A program made the position numbers and the translations under genes. From an uncultured Flavobacteriaceae bacterium (GTDB taxonomy: Bacteria > Bacteroidota > Bacteroidia > Flavobacteriales > Flavobacteriaceae): a stretch of 64,000 nt of DNA. Location: NCBI GenBank assembly GCA_963812405.1, contig CAWEUV010000001.1, forward strand, positions 147,940-211,939, given 5' to 3'. Each line of letters starts with the position of its first letter. The stretch's first letter is position 1. A model generated the notes under the pieces. It saw only the letters and a program-made list of their open reading frames with translations. It did no database searches and had not been told where the DNA came from. Positions 36,192-46,523 of the stretch are shown piece by piece.

Positions 36192-38801
36192 TTAGAATTT
36201 GAAGTTAAGTCTGGCAAATCCAAATGTTCCGTTTGAACCCATTTGCACCGAGTCGAAATTACCTCCTGTTTCTGTTTCAGTATCCTGAATGTCAGGATAA
36301 ATGTTTAAAAGGTTGTTGGCGCCAATAGTCAGACCAATTTTTGAAGTGAATTGGTATCCGAACGATAAGTCGGTTACAATTTTTGCTCCATAATGATCCA
36401 CAGTATCCATCCAGTCAATTAATTCCACCGCTCCAAAACGAGTGAATCTTAAGTTGGTGTTGAACTTTTTGTTGTAGTTGTAATTTAGGTTCCATCCGAA
36501 TTTACTTTGTGGGGCAGACGCTAATAAGAAGTACTTTTCACGTTTTCCAAACAATGTTTCTTTGTCTTCTTCTGTATTTAAGATTTCGTTACCTTTAACC
36601 TGTCCAATATACATTTTGTTTAAATTTCCGATAAGGGAAGTACTGATCGTGCTTTTTCCAAACGATTTGTCGTATGACATTACCATGTCTAAACCAATAG
36701 TTCTGGTGCTGATGGCATTGGCAAAAAATTGAACATTGGCTACATTCAAGCCTAAGCTGCTTCCGTCGAACTGACCGGTTAAAACGATACGGTCTTTCAC
36801 ATTTACAAAGTAACCGTCAACAGTAGCGGTAAATTTTCCTTTTTTATACGTATAGCCCAAACTGGCATTGAAGGCTTTTTCCTGTTTTAATTTATCTACA
36901 CCAAAAGCTGCTGTAATCGGACTGTCATTGTTAGCCAATAATGTTTCTGAAGCTACACCGCTTACATAATCCGTAAATTTCAAATTGTAATATTTTTGTG
37001 CTAAAGACGGTGCTCTGAAACCCGAACTTAAAGAGTAACGAATACCCGACGCTTCCGATAATTTGAAACGTTGTGCCCATTTCATGTTGAAGGTGCTTCC
37101 GAAATCGCTGTAATTTTCATAGCGAACAGCAGCTGCAGCGGTTACCACATCAGAGATGTCCAATTCGGTGTCAAGATATGCTGCAAAATTCCCTCTCGAT
37201 TTGTTTACTTCATTATCAGGGCTGTATCCCGGAAATCCTTGTGATCCACCGGGACGAGGATCTCCATTTCCGTCGTATACATAATCAGCAGGATCGGTAG
37301 CAGTGGTTACAACCTCTCCATTTACATCATACAAAGAGTAAGAAGCTTGTTCTCCGGCAAAAATTTTGAAATTTTCTACGCGATATTCTGTACCGAAAGC
37401 TACGTTAAGTCCGTTTCTAACGTTGTCGAAATGTCTTGTAAAATGAATTCCGGTTGTGTTTTGCATTAACTGGTGTCCTCCTGCGTCAAATGAAGTGGGG
37501 GAATTGGTTTGTAATGAAGCGTTTAAAGTATTGTGGATGTCATACATGAAGCGGTTCATCCCGAAAGTATTATTAAAGTCGACATCCCATTTTGCTAATT
37601 TTGTTCTGAAACCAGCAGAAAGGGAATTGTCCATGATTTTCGTACCGATAATCGGATTGAAGCCATTCGGATAAATCTCCTGAATGTTTCTCGGACTGTC
37701 CGCTGATCGCGTATAGGCGAATGCATCCGAATCTCTGTAACTGGTTCCGCCAAAGAAATAAAAATCAGAATTCGTTCCCGTTGCAATGGATCCGTTTAAA
37801 AATAAACTAGCATTTTTAGCTTCCGCGTCCCCAAATTGCTCTCTGTATATACTGTATTTGTCAGCATTTGCCGGACGATTGGTGTGGTCTTTTTTCATTA
37901 CATCCACGGTCGCATTCAAGAACCCTTTTTCTTTGATTTTGAATCCGTAATTTCCGTTGATCTGAACCGTGTTGCCATCGATTCCGCTGGATTTTATATC
38001 TCCGGAATAAGGAGTGGACGCATTGAAAGCACCATAGGTAACATTTCCGTTAAATTCTCCAACGTTATCTTTTAAAACAATATTGATAACTCCGGCAATA
38101 GCGTCAGAGCCGTATTGAGCCGAAGCACCGTCTCTTAAAACTTCAATTCTTTTGATGGAAGCCGCCGGAATTGCATTCATATCCGTTCCTGTATTTCCAC
38201 GTCCTCTGGAACCGAATAAGTTAACCAAAGAAGACTGATGACGTCTTTTTCCGTTAATCAAAACCAAGGTCTGATCCGGACCTAAACCTCTTAAAGTGGC
38301 GGGATCAATATGGTCGGCACCGTCAGATCCTGATTGTTTACTGGCGTTAAACGAAGGCGCTGCATATTGCAATAGCTGATTGATTTCAACCTGACCTGTT
38401 TTATTCACGACATCACTTACGTTGATGATATCAACTGCAACGGGTGAATCAACAACCGTTCTTTTGGTATTTCTCGAACCTACAGTCTGAATCTGGACTT
38501 CCTGAAGTTCTTGTCCTTCTTCTTCCAATACTGCCGAAACGGAATTTCCTGAAGCGGTAACTTCCATTTTTTTGTAGCCTAATGAGCTGATTACCAAAAC
38601 AGCATTGTCGGTTTTTACTTTAATGGAAAAGTTTCCACTATCATCAGCCGTTGTTCCGTTTTGTGTCCCTTTTTCCAAAATCGTGGCTCCCGAAACCGGT
38701 TGTCCCTTTTTGTCACTGACATTTCCGGTGACGGTTTTCTGGGCATGTCCCATAAAGGAGATTCCTAGTGTTAATAAAAGCATTAAGATGTGTTTTTTCA
38801 T
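36192..38801 (-). CDS. TonB-dependent receptor (N-terminal carboxypeptidase-regulatory-like domain, plug, barrel), no SusD partner
   Basis: Signal peptide, VTGNVSD...GTTAD, plug LRGLGPDQTLVLINGKR, IEVLRDGASAQYGSDAIAGVINI, terminal ARLNFKF. Confidence 0.92.
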   Translation of the reverse strand: MKKHILMLLLTLGISFMGHAQKTVTGNVSDKKGQPVSGATILEKGTQNGTTADDSGNFSIKVKTDNAVLVISSLGYKKMEVTASGNSVSAVLEEEGQELQEVQIQTVGSRNTKRTVVDSPVAVDIINVSDVVNKTGQVEINQLLQYAAPSFNASKQSGSDGADHIDPATLRGLGPDQTLVLINGKRRHQSSLVNLFGSRGRGNTGTDMNAIPAASIKRIEVLRDGASAQYGSDAIAGVINIVLKDNVGEFNGNVTYGAFNASTPYSGDIKSSGIDGNTVQINGNYGFKIKEKGFLNATVDVMKKDHTNRPANADKYSIYREQFGDAEAKNASLFLNGSIATGTNSDFYFFGGTSYRDSDAFAYTRSADSPRNIQEIYPNGFNPIIGTKIMDNSLSAGFRTKLAKWDVDFNNTFGMNRFMYDIHNTLNASLQTNSPTSFDAGGHQLMQNTTGIHFTRHFDNVRNGLNVAFGTEYRVENFKIFAGEQASYSLYDVNGEVVTTATDPADYVYDGNGDPRPGGSQGFPGYSPDNEVNKSRGNFAAYLDTELDISDVVTAAAAVRYENYSDFGSTFNMKWAQRFKLSEASGIRYSLSSGFRAPSLAQKYYNLKFTDYVSGVASETLLANNDSPITAAFGVDKLKQEKAFNASLGYTYKKGKFTATVDGYFVNVKDRIVLTGQFDGSSLGLNVANVQFFANAISTRTIGLDMVMSYDKSFGKSTISTSLIGNLNKMYIGQVKGNEILNTEEDKETLFGKREKYFLLASAPQSKFGWNLNYNYNKKFNTNLRFTRFGAVELIDWMDTVDHYGAKIVTDLSFGYQFTSKIGLTIGANNLLNIYPDIQDTETETGGNFDSVQMGSNGTFGFARLNFKF

Positions 38802-38995
38802 AGTTGGTTTAGTTAAATTTTAATCAAAAATATAAAAAAATGTTAAAAAACAAACATTTTTGAAAGTTTGTTGTAAGATTTTTATTTTTAAAATAATTCC
38901 CCTTTTTTATCGGTAAGTTATTGATAACTTTCCCGGTATAGTATTTCAATTTTTCGAGAATTCCTTTATATTAGCAGAAATTCCAAAATTTCTAT

Positions 38996-40852
38996 ATGCT
39001 AGAGCAAAATCAGTACACCGAAGACAATATCCGTTCCCTCGACTGGAAAGAGCATATCCGTATGCGTCCCGGAATGTACATCGGGAAATTAGGCGACGGT
39101 TCTTCTCCGGATGATGGTATTTACATCCTTCTGAAAGAGGTACTTGACAACTGTATCGATGAGTTCGTAATGGGTGCCGGTAAAACCATTGAAGTTACCG
39201 TGAAAGACAAAACCGTTTCCGTTCGCGATTACGGTCGTGGTATTCCGTTGGGGAAAGTGGTCGATGTGGTTTCCAAAATGAATACGGGTGGTAAATACGA
39301 TTCTAAAGCATTTAAGAAATCGGTGGGTCTGAACGGAGTCGGAACCAAAGCGGTGAACGCCTTGTCGAATTATTTCCGAGTGGAATCCGTTCGCGATAAC
39401 CAACAGAAAGCAGCGGAATTCTCGGCTGGAAACCTTACGTTGGAAGAAGAGATTACCGAAACCACCAAACGTAAAGGAACTAAGGTAACTTTCGTGGCCG
39501 ATGAGGCTATCTTCAAAAATTACAAATACCGAAACGAGTACATCGTTAAGATGCTCAAAAATTATTGTTATCTGAATACCGGATTGACGATAATTTATAA
39601 CGGTGAAAAATACTATTCCGATAACGGACTTAAGGATTTACTGGAAGAAACCATTTCTGAAGAAGACATGGTGTATCCGATTATCCATCTTTTGGGTGAT
39701 GATATTGAAATAGCCTTAACCCACAGTAAAACACAGTATTCCGAAGAATATTACTCGTTCGTAAACGGACAAAATACGACGCAGGGTGGAACGCATTTAG
39801 GTGCTTTCCGTGAGGCGGTTGTGCGTACGATTAAAGAATTCTACAACAAACCTTTCGAGGCTTCGGATATTCGTAAATCGATTGTTTCGGCAATTTCCGT
39901 AAAAGTGGAAGAGCCGGTTTTCGAATCGCAAACCAAAACGAAATTGGGTTCAACGGATATGGGACCGAATTCGCCATCCGTTCGAACATTCGTAAACGAT
40001 TTCATCAAAACCAAATTAGACAACTTCCTTCATAAAAATCCGGAAGTAGCCGATGCATTGTTGCGCAAGATTTTACAGGCCGAAAGAGAGCGTAAAGAGC
40101 TTTCCGGTATTCGTAAATTAGCCAAAGACCGTGCGAAGAAAGCCAGTTTGCACAATAAAAAATTACGTGATTGCCGAGTGCATTTAACCGATGCTAAAAA
40201 CCCGCGAAGTCTGGAAAGTACACTTTTCATTACCGAGGGAGATTCCGCATCAGGTTCGATTACCAAGTCGCGTGATGTGAATACCCAGGCGGTTTTCAGT
40301 TTGCGTGGTAAGCCGTTGAACTCTTACGGAATGACCAAGAAGATTGTGTACGAGAATGAAGAATTCAACTTACTTCAGGCCGCTCTGAACATCGAAGAAA
40401 GCATGGAAGATTTGCGATACAACAATATCGTAATCGCAACCGATGCCGATGTTGACGGGATGCACATCCGTTTGTTGTTGATTACGTTCTTTTTGCAATT
40501 CTTCCCGGAATTGATCAAAGAAGGGCATCTGTACATTCTGCAAACGCCGTTGTTCCGTGTGCGTAACCGTAAAGAAACGATTTACTGCTACAGCGAACAG
40601 GAACGTATCGATGCCATCGAAAAATTAAAACCAAAACCGGAAATCACCCGATTTAAAGGATTGGGGGAAATTTCACCGGACGAGTTCAAGAATTTCATCG
40701 GAGAAAGCATTCGTTTGGATCCGGTGATGTTGGACAAAGCGACGTCCATCGAAACCTTATTGGAATTCTATATGGGTAAAAACACGCCAGACCGTCAGGA
40801 ATTTATCATCAATAACCTGAAAGTAGAATTGGATGTTGTGGAAGAGGTTTAA
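38996..40852 (+). CDS. parE: DNA topoisomerase IV subunit B
   Basis: [16 protein letters not shown] ATPase motifs (DNCIDE, DYGRGIP, GLNGVG), Toprim [13 protein letters not shown]; adjacent to parC. Confidence 0.92.
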   Translation: MLEQNQYTEDNIRSLDWKEHIRMRPGMYIGKLGDGSSPDDGIYILLKEVLDNCIDEFVMGAGKTIEVTVKDKTVSVRDYGRGIPLGKVVDVVSKMNTGGKYDSKAFKKSVGLNGVGTKAVNALSNYFRVESVRDNQQKAAEFSAGNLTLEEEITETTKRKGTKVTFVADEAIFKNYKYRNEYIVKMLKNYCYLNTGLTIIYNGEKYYSDNGLKDLLEETISEEDMVYPIIHLLGDDIEIALTHSKTQYSEEYYSFVNGQNTTQGGTHLGAFREAVVRTIKEFYNKPFEASDIRKSIVSAISVKVEEPVFESQTKTKLGSTDMGPNSPSVRTFVNDFIKTKLDNFLHKNPEVADALLRKILQAERERKELSGIRKLAKDRAKKASLHNKKLRDCRVHLTDAKNPRSLESTLFITEGDSASGSITKSRDVNTQAVFSLRGKPLNSYGMTKKIVYENEEFNLLQAALNIEESMEDLRYNNIVIATDADVDGMHIRLLLITFFLQFFPELIKEGHLYILQTPLFRVRNRKETIYCYSEQERIDAIEKLKPKPEITRFKGLGEISPDEFKNFIGESIRLDPVMLDKATSIETLLEFYMGKNTPDRQEFIINNLKVELDVVEEV

Positions 40853-40900
40853 AAATACTATTTAAATAAACCGTTAACCGAAAATTGTTAACTGTAGACT

Positions 40901-43606
40901 ATGAACGAAGACGAAGAAAATATCATACCCGAAAACGAAGACGAAAATCTCGACAATCAAAACGAATCCGCTAACGAGGAAGGTTTTGATGATATTCGTG
41001 TTTCTACCGGACACCATTTTTACGAAAACAACGAAAGTTCCGATGAAACGATTACGAAAGTAACCGGAATGTACAAGGACTGGTTTCTGGATTATGCTTC
41101 CTACGTAATCCTGGAACGCGCCGTACCTGCTATCGAGGACGGATTTAAACCGGTGCAGCGTCGTATCATGCACTCTATGAAAGAGTTAGACGACGGTCGT
41201 TACAATAAAGTAGCGAACGTAGTCGGACATACGATGCAGTATCACCCTCACGGAGATGCGAGTATCGGAGATGCAATGGTGCAAATCGGGCAGAAAGATT
41301 TGTTAATCGATTGTCAGGGGAACTGGGGGAATATCTTAACCGGAGATGGTGCGGCAGCTTCCCGTTACATTGAAGCCCGAATCTCCAAATTTGGTTTGGA
41401 GGTTTTGTATTCACCAAAAATTACCGATTGGGGTGTTTCCTATGATGGTCGTCGTGCGGAGCCCATCAATTTACCGGTAAAGTTCCCGCTATTGTTGGCA
41501 CAGGGCGGAGAAGGTATTGCTGTAGGTTTATCGACCAAAATTTTACCACATAATTTTAACGAGCTGATCGATGCTTCCATTAAAATATTAAAAGGGAAAC
41601 CGTTTACATTATTCCCGGATTTCCCAACAGCTGGAATTGCCGATGTTTCCAATTATAACGATGGTTTGCGTGGCGGACGTGTGCGAGTGCGCGCGAAAAT
41701 CGGACAATTGGACAAACAAACGCTGGTGATTACCCAGATTCCGTTTTCAACCAACACATCTTCTTTGATTGACAGTATTTTGAAAGCGAATGAGAAAGGG
41801 AAAATCAAAGTCAAAAAAATTGAGGACAATACCGCGGCTGAGGTTGAAATTTTAATTCACCTTCCGCCGGGCGTTTCTCCGGATAAAACCATCGATGCGC
41901 TTTATGCGTTTACCGCTTGTGAAACCTCAATTGCACCGTTAGGTTGTGTAATTCAGAATCATAAGCCGTTGTTTATCGGGGTTTCTGCCATGCTGAAAAT
42001 ATCAACCGAAAGAACGGTTCAGTTGTTAAAACGCGAGTTGGAAATTCATTTGGAAGAATTAGAAGCGAAGTGGCATTTTTCGACTTTGGAAAAAATATTC
42101 ATCCGCGAAGAAATGTACATCGATTTTAAATTGTATTCGAATAAGGAAGAATTATTTGAATACATGTACAAGCGTTTTGAACCGTTCCGAAAAATATTGG
42201 TGCGTGATATTGTTGATGACGATTTGCAACGATTAACGCAAATTCCGATGATTCGTATTACCCGTTTCGATTCCGATAAAGCCGATGAACACATCGCGAA
42301 GTTGGAAGAGGAAATGGAGAAAGTAAAATACAATCTGGAACACCTGATTGATTTTGCGGTCGATTATTTTTCAAAACTGAAAGAGAAATACGGTAAAGGG
42401 CGTGAGCGTCAAACGGAATTAAGAAGTTTCGATAATATCGAAGCGACGAAAGTAGTTTTACGTAACACGAAACTATATGTTAACCGTGAAGAAGGTTTTA
42501 TCGGAACCGGACTGAAAAAAGACGAATACGTTGCGGATTGTTCGGATATTGATGACGTAATCGTATTCCTTCGCGACGGGAAAATGATGATTTCCAAAGT
42601 CGATGATAAAAAGTTCGTTGGGAAAGACATCATTCACGTGGCAGTTTTCGATAAAAACGACAAGCGTACGATTTACAACATGATTTACCGTGATGGAAAA
42701 TCGGGTTCATCGTTCATTAAGCGTTTCAATGTTTCCGGAGTTACCCGCGATAAAGCGTATGATTTAACACAGGAAAAACCAGGTTCGCAAGTCTTGTATT
42801 TTTCACACAACCCGAATGGTGAAGCCGAAGTGGTTACTGTTTTGTTACGACAAGTCGGCAGCGTGAAAAAACTGAAATGGGACATCGATTTCGCCGATAT
42901 TGCCATAAAAGGAAGAGCTTCCAAAGGGAATACGGTTTCCAAATATCCGATTAAGAAAATTGAACTGAAGGAAAAAGGAATTTCCACTTTACGTCCGCGT
43001 AAGATTTGGTTTGACGATACCGTACAGCGATTGAATGTGGATGGAAGAGGCGAGTTGTTGGGCGAATTCCGTCCGAACGATCGTTTGCTGATTATCAATC
43101 AATCCGGAAAACTCAAAACAATTATTCCGGAGTTAACCACACATTTCGATGAAGATATGGTGGTTTTGGAAAAATGGCATCCTAAGAAACCAATCTCTGC
43201 GATTTATTACGATGGCGAAAAAGAGCGTTATTATATCAAACGCTTCCTGATTGAAAACGAAAATAAAGAGGAAATCTTTATTTCGGAACACGAGAAGTCG
43301 CAATTGGAAATTGTTTCCACCGATTGGCGCCCTGTTGCAGAACTTGTTTTTGCTAAAGTGAAAGGTGTTCAGAAAGAAAACCAGACGATTGATATGGAAC
43401 AGTTTATTGCTGTAAAAGGAATCAAAGCGTTAGGAAATCAATTAACGACTGATAAACTGAAACAGGTAAATCTATTGGAATCCCTGCCGTATGAAGAACC
43501 TGTTGAGGTTGTTCCGGAAGAACTGGAAGTAAACCAAGACGTCGAGTTAACCGACTATAATATAGAATTAGACGAAGACGGTCAGATAACCTTATCGTTG
43601 GAATAA
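40901..43606 (+). CDS. parC: DNA topoisomerase IV subunit A
   Basis: DGFKPVQRRI, HPHGDAS, catalytic Tyr in ASRYIEAR. Confidence 0.92.
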   Translation: MNEDEENIIPENEDENLDNQNESANEEGFDDIRVSTGHHFYENNESSDETITKVTGMYKDWFLDYASYVILERAVPAIEDGFKPVQRRIMHSMKELDDGRYNKVANVVGHTMQYHPHGDASIGDAMVQIGQKDLLIDCQGNWGNILTGDGAAASRYIEARISKFGLEVLYSPKITDWGVSYDGRRAEPINLPVKFPLLLAQGGEGIAVGLSTKILPHNFNELIDASIKILKGKPFTLFPDFPTAGIADVSNYNDGLRGGRVRVRAKIGQLDKQTLVITQIPFSTNTSSLIDSILKANEKGKIKVKKIEDNTAAEVEILIHLPPGVSPDKTIDALYAFTACETSIAPLGCVIQNHKPLFIGVSAMLKISTERTVQLLKRELEIHLEELEAKWHFSTLEKIFIREEMYIDFKLYSNKEELFEYMYKRFEPFRKILVRDIVDDDLQRLTQIPMIRITRFDSDKADEHIAKLEEEMEKVKYNLEHLIDFAVDYFSKLKEKYGKGRERQTELRSFDNIEATKVVLRNTKLYVNREEGFIGTGLKKDEYVADCSDIDDVIVFLRDGKMMISKVDDKKFVGKDIIHVAVFDKNDKRTIYNMIYRDGKSGSSFIKRFNVSGVTRDKAYDLTQEKPGSQVLYFSHNPNGEAEVVTVLLRQVGSVKKLKWDIDFADIAIKGRASKGNTVSKYPIKKIELKEKGISTLRPRKIWFDDTVQRLNVDGRGELLGEFRPNDRLLIINQSGKLKTIIPELTTHFDEDMVVLEKWHPKKPISAIYYDGEKERYYIKRFLIENENKEEIFISEHEKSQLEIVSTDWRPVAELVFAKVKGVQKENQTIDMEQFIAVKGIKALGNQLTTDKLKQVNLLESLPYEEPVEVVPEELEVNQDVELTDYNIELDEDGQITLSLE

Positions 43607-43608
43607 AT

Positions 43609-43639
43609 AAAAAAAGCGCTCAATTTTGAGCGCTTTTTT
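43609..43639. terminator. Bidirectional intrinsic terminator
   Basis: AAAAAAAGCGCTCAA-T-TTGAGCGCTTTTTT. Confidence 0.8.
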
Positions 43640-43862
43640 GTTTGTAATACTTTATAAAGATATAAGAAGTGCTTATTGTGGAACAAAAAATCATGAGCAA
43701 TAGCACAATGTTTTTTGTTTCAAATGGATTTTTAGTAAACAAATCCGTCATTGCAGTTACTAATAGTAGCGTTCCAATGAGCCAAAGCAATCCGAAAGTC
43801 CACAATGTCTTTTTTGTTGGATTTTGAACAAAATTAGTGTTGCTATTTAATTTATTCATCAC
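43620..43862 (-). CDS. Small two-TM membrane protein
   Basis: Two hydrophobic segments; starts 6 nt after the terC stop; its stop falls inside the terminator stem. Confidence 0.55.
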   Translation of the reverse strand: MMNKLNSNTNFVQNPTKKTLWTFGLLWLIGTLLLVTAMTDLFTKNPFETKNIVLLLMIFCSTISTSYIFIKYYKQKSAQN

Positions 43863-43868
43863 TTCAGA

Positions 43869-44726
43869 TTAATTCGTAACGTCTGTATCTTCCAACTTTT
43901 TATCCATAATAGTACTGTTGTGTAACTGTACCGGTTTTTTACCTTTCTTCATTTTTAAATTTAGGAATTCTACGAATAATGAGAAGAAAATCGAGAAGTA
44001 TAAATAGCCTTTCGGAATACTGTGCACCTCTTCGCCTCCGAAGAATTTAAAATGTGCCAAATGCGAACCTTCCGCCAAAAGCATTACACCAATTAAGATA
44101 AGGAACGATAGCCCAAGAATCTGGATTGTTGGATGTTCGTTTACGAATTTACTCACCGGTCCGGCAAAAATCATCATAATAGCAATGGAAATAATGATGG
44201 ATAAAATCATAATAGCCAATGCGCCTTCATAGCCAAATCCGCCCTGAGAAGGATCTTTCATACTGATTAACCCTACGGCAGTTAAAATACTGTCGAAAGA
44301 GAAAACCAGGTTTAACAAAGCAATTTGAATGATGGCATTGGAAAGAGAATTACTGGCTTTTCCTTTTTCACTTTCTTCTTCGCCTTCCAGTTTGTGGTGA
44401 ATTTCGGAAACCGATTTGTACAATAGGAACAAACCACCACCAAAAATAATTAAACTTTGTCCGGTTACTCCAGCGCTAAAGAAATCGGTGTTGATATGGA
44501 ACAATACATCTTGCAAACTTAAAACCCAGGTAATTCCGAATAGCAATACAATTCTAAACGCCATTGCCAGTAAAAGACCTATTCTTCTGGCTTTCGGTTG
44601 GTCTTCGGCTTTTAGTTTTCCGGAAACAATGGAAAGGAATACGATATTATCGATTCCGAGAATGATTTCAAGAAAGGTTAAAGTCAGTAAAGCAATCCAA
44701 GCATCCGGGTTGAGTAATAATTCCAT
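43869..44726 (-). CDS. TerC-family membrane protein
   Basis: LTFLEIILGIDNIVF, LNLVFSFDSILTAVG, PKGYLYFSIFFS. Confidence 0.92.
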   Translation of the reverse strand: MELLLNPDAWIALLTLTFLEIILGIDNIVFLSIVSGKLKAEDQPKARRIGLLLAMAFRIVLLFGITWVLSLQDVLFHINTDFFSAGVTGQSLIIFGGGLFLLYKSVSEIHHKLEGEEESEKGKASNSLSNAIIQIALLNLVFSFDSILTAVGLISMKDPSQGGFGYEGALAIMILSIIISIAIMMIFAGPVSKFVNEHPTIQILGLSFLILIGVMLLAEGSHLAHFKFFGGEEVHSIPKGYLYFSIFFSLFVEFLNLKMKKGKKPVQLHNSTIMDKKLEDTDVTN

Positions 44727-44767
44727 TTTTTGTTTTTTATATTTAAAATTCTGCTGTTAAACGTAAG

Positions 44768-45139
44768 TTAATCGATTTTTGTTACAGTGCCGCGTTGTTT
44801 TTTTGCATCACCCACAAAAGCATATTCAAATGTGTACCCTTTGTCGTTGGTAGTCAGTATTTTTATACCGATGGCTTTTTTTTCCTGCATGTTTTTAGGA
44901 TGCAATTTTTGAAGGACAAATTCGCAATCGCTTACCCAGCGCACGGAAGCTGAATCGGTTTTTCCGTTGAACGTTTCGATCTGAAGGTTTTCGGTACGTT
45001 CAAAAACGGATTTTTTCTGTTGTCCGTCAATTTCCTGAACAAATTCAAATTTTCCGATTTTGAAATCCTTACAGTTACGTTCGTTATTGTAACAGGAGGT
45101 TAATGCGATGAAGATTTGAATTATAAGAAGTTTTTTCAT
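44768..45139 (-). CDS. Hypothetical lipoprotein
   Basis: Lipobox LTS-C; RNCKDFKIGKF...VRWVSDCEFVL. Confidence 0.75.
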   Translation of the reverse strand: MKKLLIIQIFIALTSCYNNERNCKDFKIGKFEFVQEIDGQQKKSVFERTENLQIETFNGKTDSASVRWVSDCEFVLQKLHPKNMQEKKAIGIKILTTNDKGYTFEYAFVGDAKKQRGTVTKID

Positions 45140-45169
45140 TTTGGGTAAAGGTTTTTCTAAAATATATCT

Positions 45170-45219
45170 ACCGCAGATTCACAGATTTTCAATGCAATTT
45201 TAATCTGCGAATCTGCGGT
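45170..45219. repeat. REP-like 18-bp inverted repeat
   Basis: ACCGCAGATTCACAGATT / AATCTGCGAATCTGCGGT, one mismatch, 14-nt loop. Confidence 0.8.
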
Positions 45220-45264
45220 TAAATAAATCAATATTTATTGCTTTTTCGAGAATTTCCGTTGATT

Positions 45265-45840
45265 TTATTTCAATTTATTCAGTTCATCATCCGTAAAATG
45301 CTTGGTGCTTTTCTCTTTTGAAAATTTATCGGTATTGTAATCGTTGGATTTGTTTTTGGGTATGGAAAGACTCGTCCAATCCGATTGTTTGAGCATTTTG
45401 GCATAAAACACGATCTGTCCCACATGATACGGATAATGTGCCAGTTGTCGGTTTATCGCTTCCATCACAGTATGTCCTTCGTTTCGGATGTAAATGATTT
45501 GCGAAAGTTGTTCCGGAGTTAAAGCGTTTATCGCCTCAAAAAAACAATTCCAGCCTTTATCCCAAAGCGTCATTAGTTCTTCTTTGGTTTTTATGGTTGC
45601 TTCGAATTCATCGTCACGGTTTCGCCATTCTTTTTCGCCGTCTGAAGTTAGAAAATCGGTCCAACGCGAAAGCATGTTTCCGGACAAATGTTTTACAATT
45701 ACCGCAATCGAATTGGTGTCTTCGTTCACTGAAACAAACAATTGTTCCGGTTCGAGTTGGTGCATCGCTTTTTCTCCAATGGTTTTATAGTAGAGAAACT
45801 GTTTTTTTACACTTTCGAGGTAGTTTTTATTGGTTTCCAT
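45265..45840 (-). CDS. DUF1572 (DinB-like) family protein
   Basis: NSIAVIVKHLSGNMLSRWTDF, EKEWRNRDDEF, RQLAHYPYHVGQIV. Confidence 0.85.
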   Translation of the reverse strand: METNKNYLESVKKQFLYYKTIGEKAMHQLEPEQLFVSVNEDTNSIAVIVKHLSGNMLSRWTDFLTSDGEKEWRNRDDEFEATIKTKEELMTLWDKGWNCFFEAINALTPEQLSQIIYIRNEGHTVMEAINRQLAHYPYHVGQIVFYAKMLKQSDWTSLSIPKNKSNDYNTDKFSKEKSTKHFTDDELNKLK

Positions 45841-46054
45841 CGAATATCCCTTTCATCATGGTTTGTATTCCTTTGTACATCAAGAAACCGGATCCGAGGC
45901 AGAATATGATGCCAATTCCTAAAATCGGAATGTAAAACGGATGGTTTTGGTTTTTAAACGAACTGTGAATTACGGAAGGTCCGATAAACATCAGTGGTAA
46001 TGCATACGCCAGATAGCGAACACCTTTTACTAAAAGAGTTTTATTTGTTCCCAT
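45827..46054 (-). CDS. DUF6095-family small membrane protein
   Basis: TNKTLLVKGVRYLAYALPLMFIGP...AFKN-like SSFKNQNHP. Confidence 0.7.
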   Translation of the reverse strand: MGTNKTLLVKGVRYLAYALPLMFIGPSVIHSSFKNQNHPFYIPILGIGIIFCLGSGFLMYKGIQTMMKGIFDGNQ

Positions 46055-46057
46055 GGT

Positions 46058-46513
46058 TTAAAAGGTGATTTGAATTCCGTATCCGTTGTTGTTTGCCAAA
46101 ATGTTCATATTGAAATCGGTCGTACCTGTTGATTTCAATCCGTTATTATAGAGTTCGATAGCTTTTTCAAGTCTTTTCTTTCGTCCTACCATTACTGGAA
46201 TCGAAGCCGCAATACAACCCGCTCCCACATATGTAAAACCCGATGGGTAATCGGCATCGGATACCAATCCTTTTACAACATCGCCCACCGTTAAACCAAT
46301 TCCCAATCCTAATAAAAAGCCTCCAACACCTTCTTTGGTTTTGGCGCTTTTAAAATAACCATAGGCTTCATTATTGGATTTCAGCAAATTTTTAGTTTCA
46401 TAACTCGAAATCTGAACGCCGTTTTGGTAAAATTTGCCTCTTTCCATTTTAATTTCCTGAGCCGAAGCTGCTGTCAGAAGGAAAAAGCATAATAAAGTAA
46501 GTACGTTTTTCAT
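46058..46513 (-). CDS. Hypothetical exported/membrane protein
   Basis: Signal peptide, Gly-rich hydrophobic hairpin, terminal GIQITF. Confidence 0.7.
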   Translation of the reverse strand: MKNVLTLLCFFLLTAASAQEIKMERGKFYQNGVQISSYETKNLLKSNNEAYGYFKSAKTKEGVGGFLLGLGIGLTVGDVVKGLVSDADYPSGFTYVGAGCIAASIPVMVGRKKRLEKAIELYNNGLKSTGTTDFNMNILANNNGYGIQITF

Positions 46514-46523
46514 GGTATTTTGT

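Noticed and set aside
38996-43606. Calling these genes gyrB/gyrA
   Set aside because: The short B subunit, the [17 protein letters not shown] start, the HPHGDASIGDA region and the lack of a recognisable GyrA box fit Bacteroidota topoisomerase IV.
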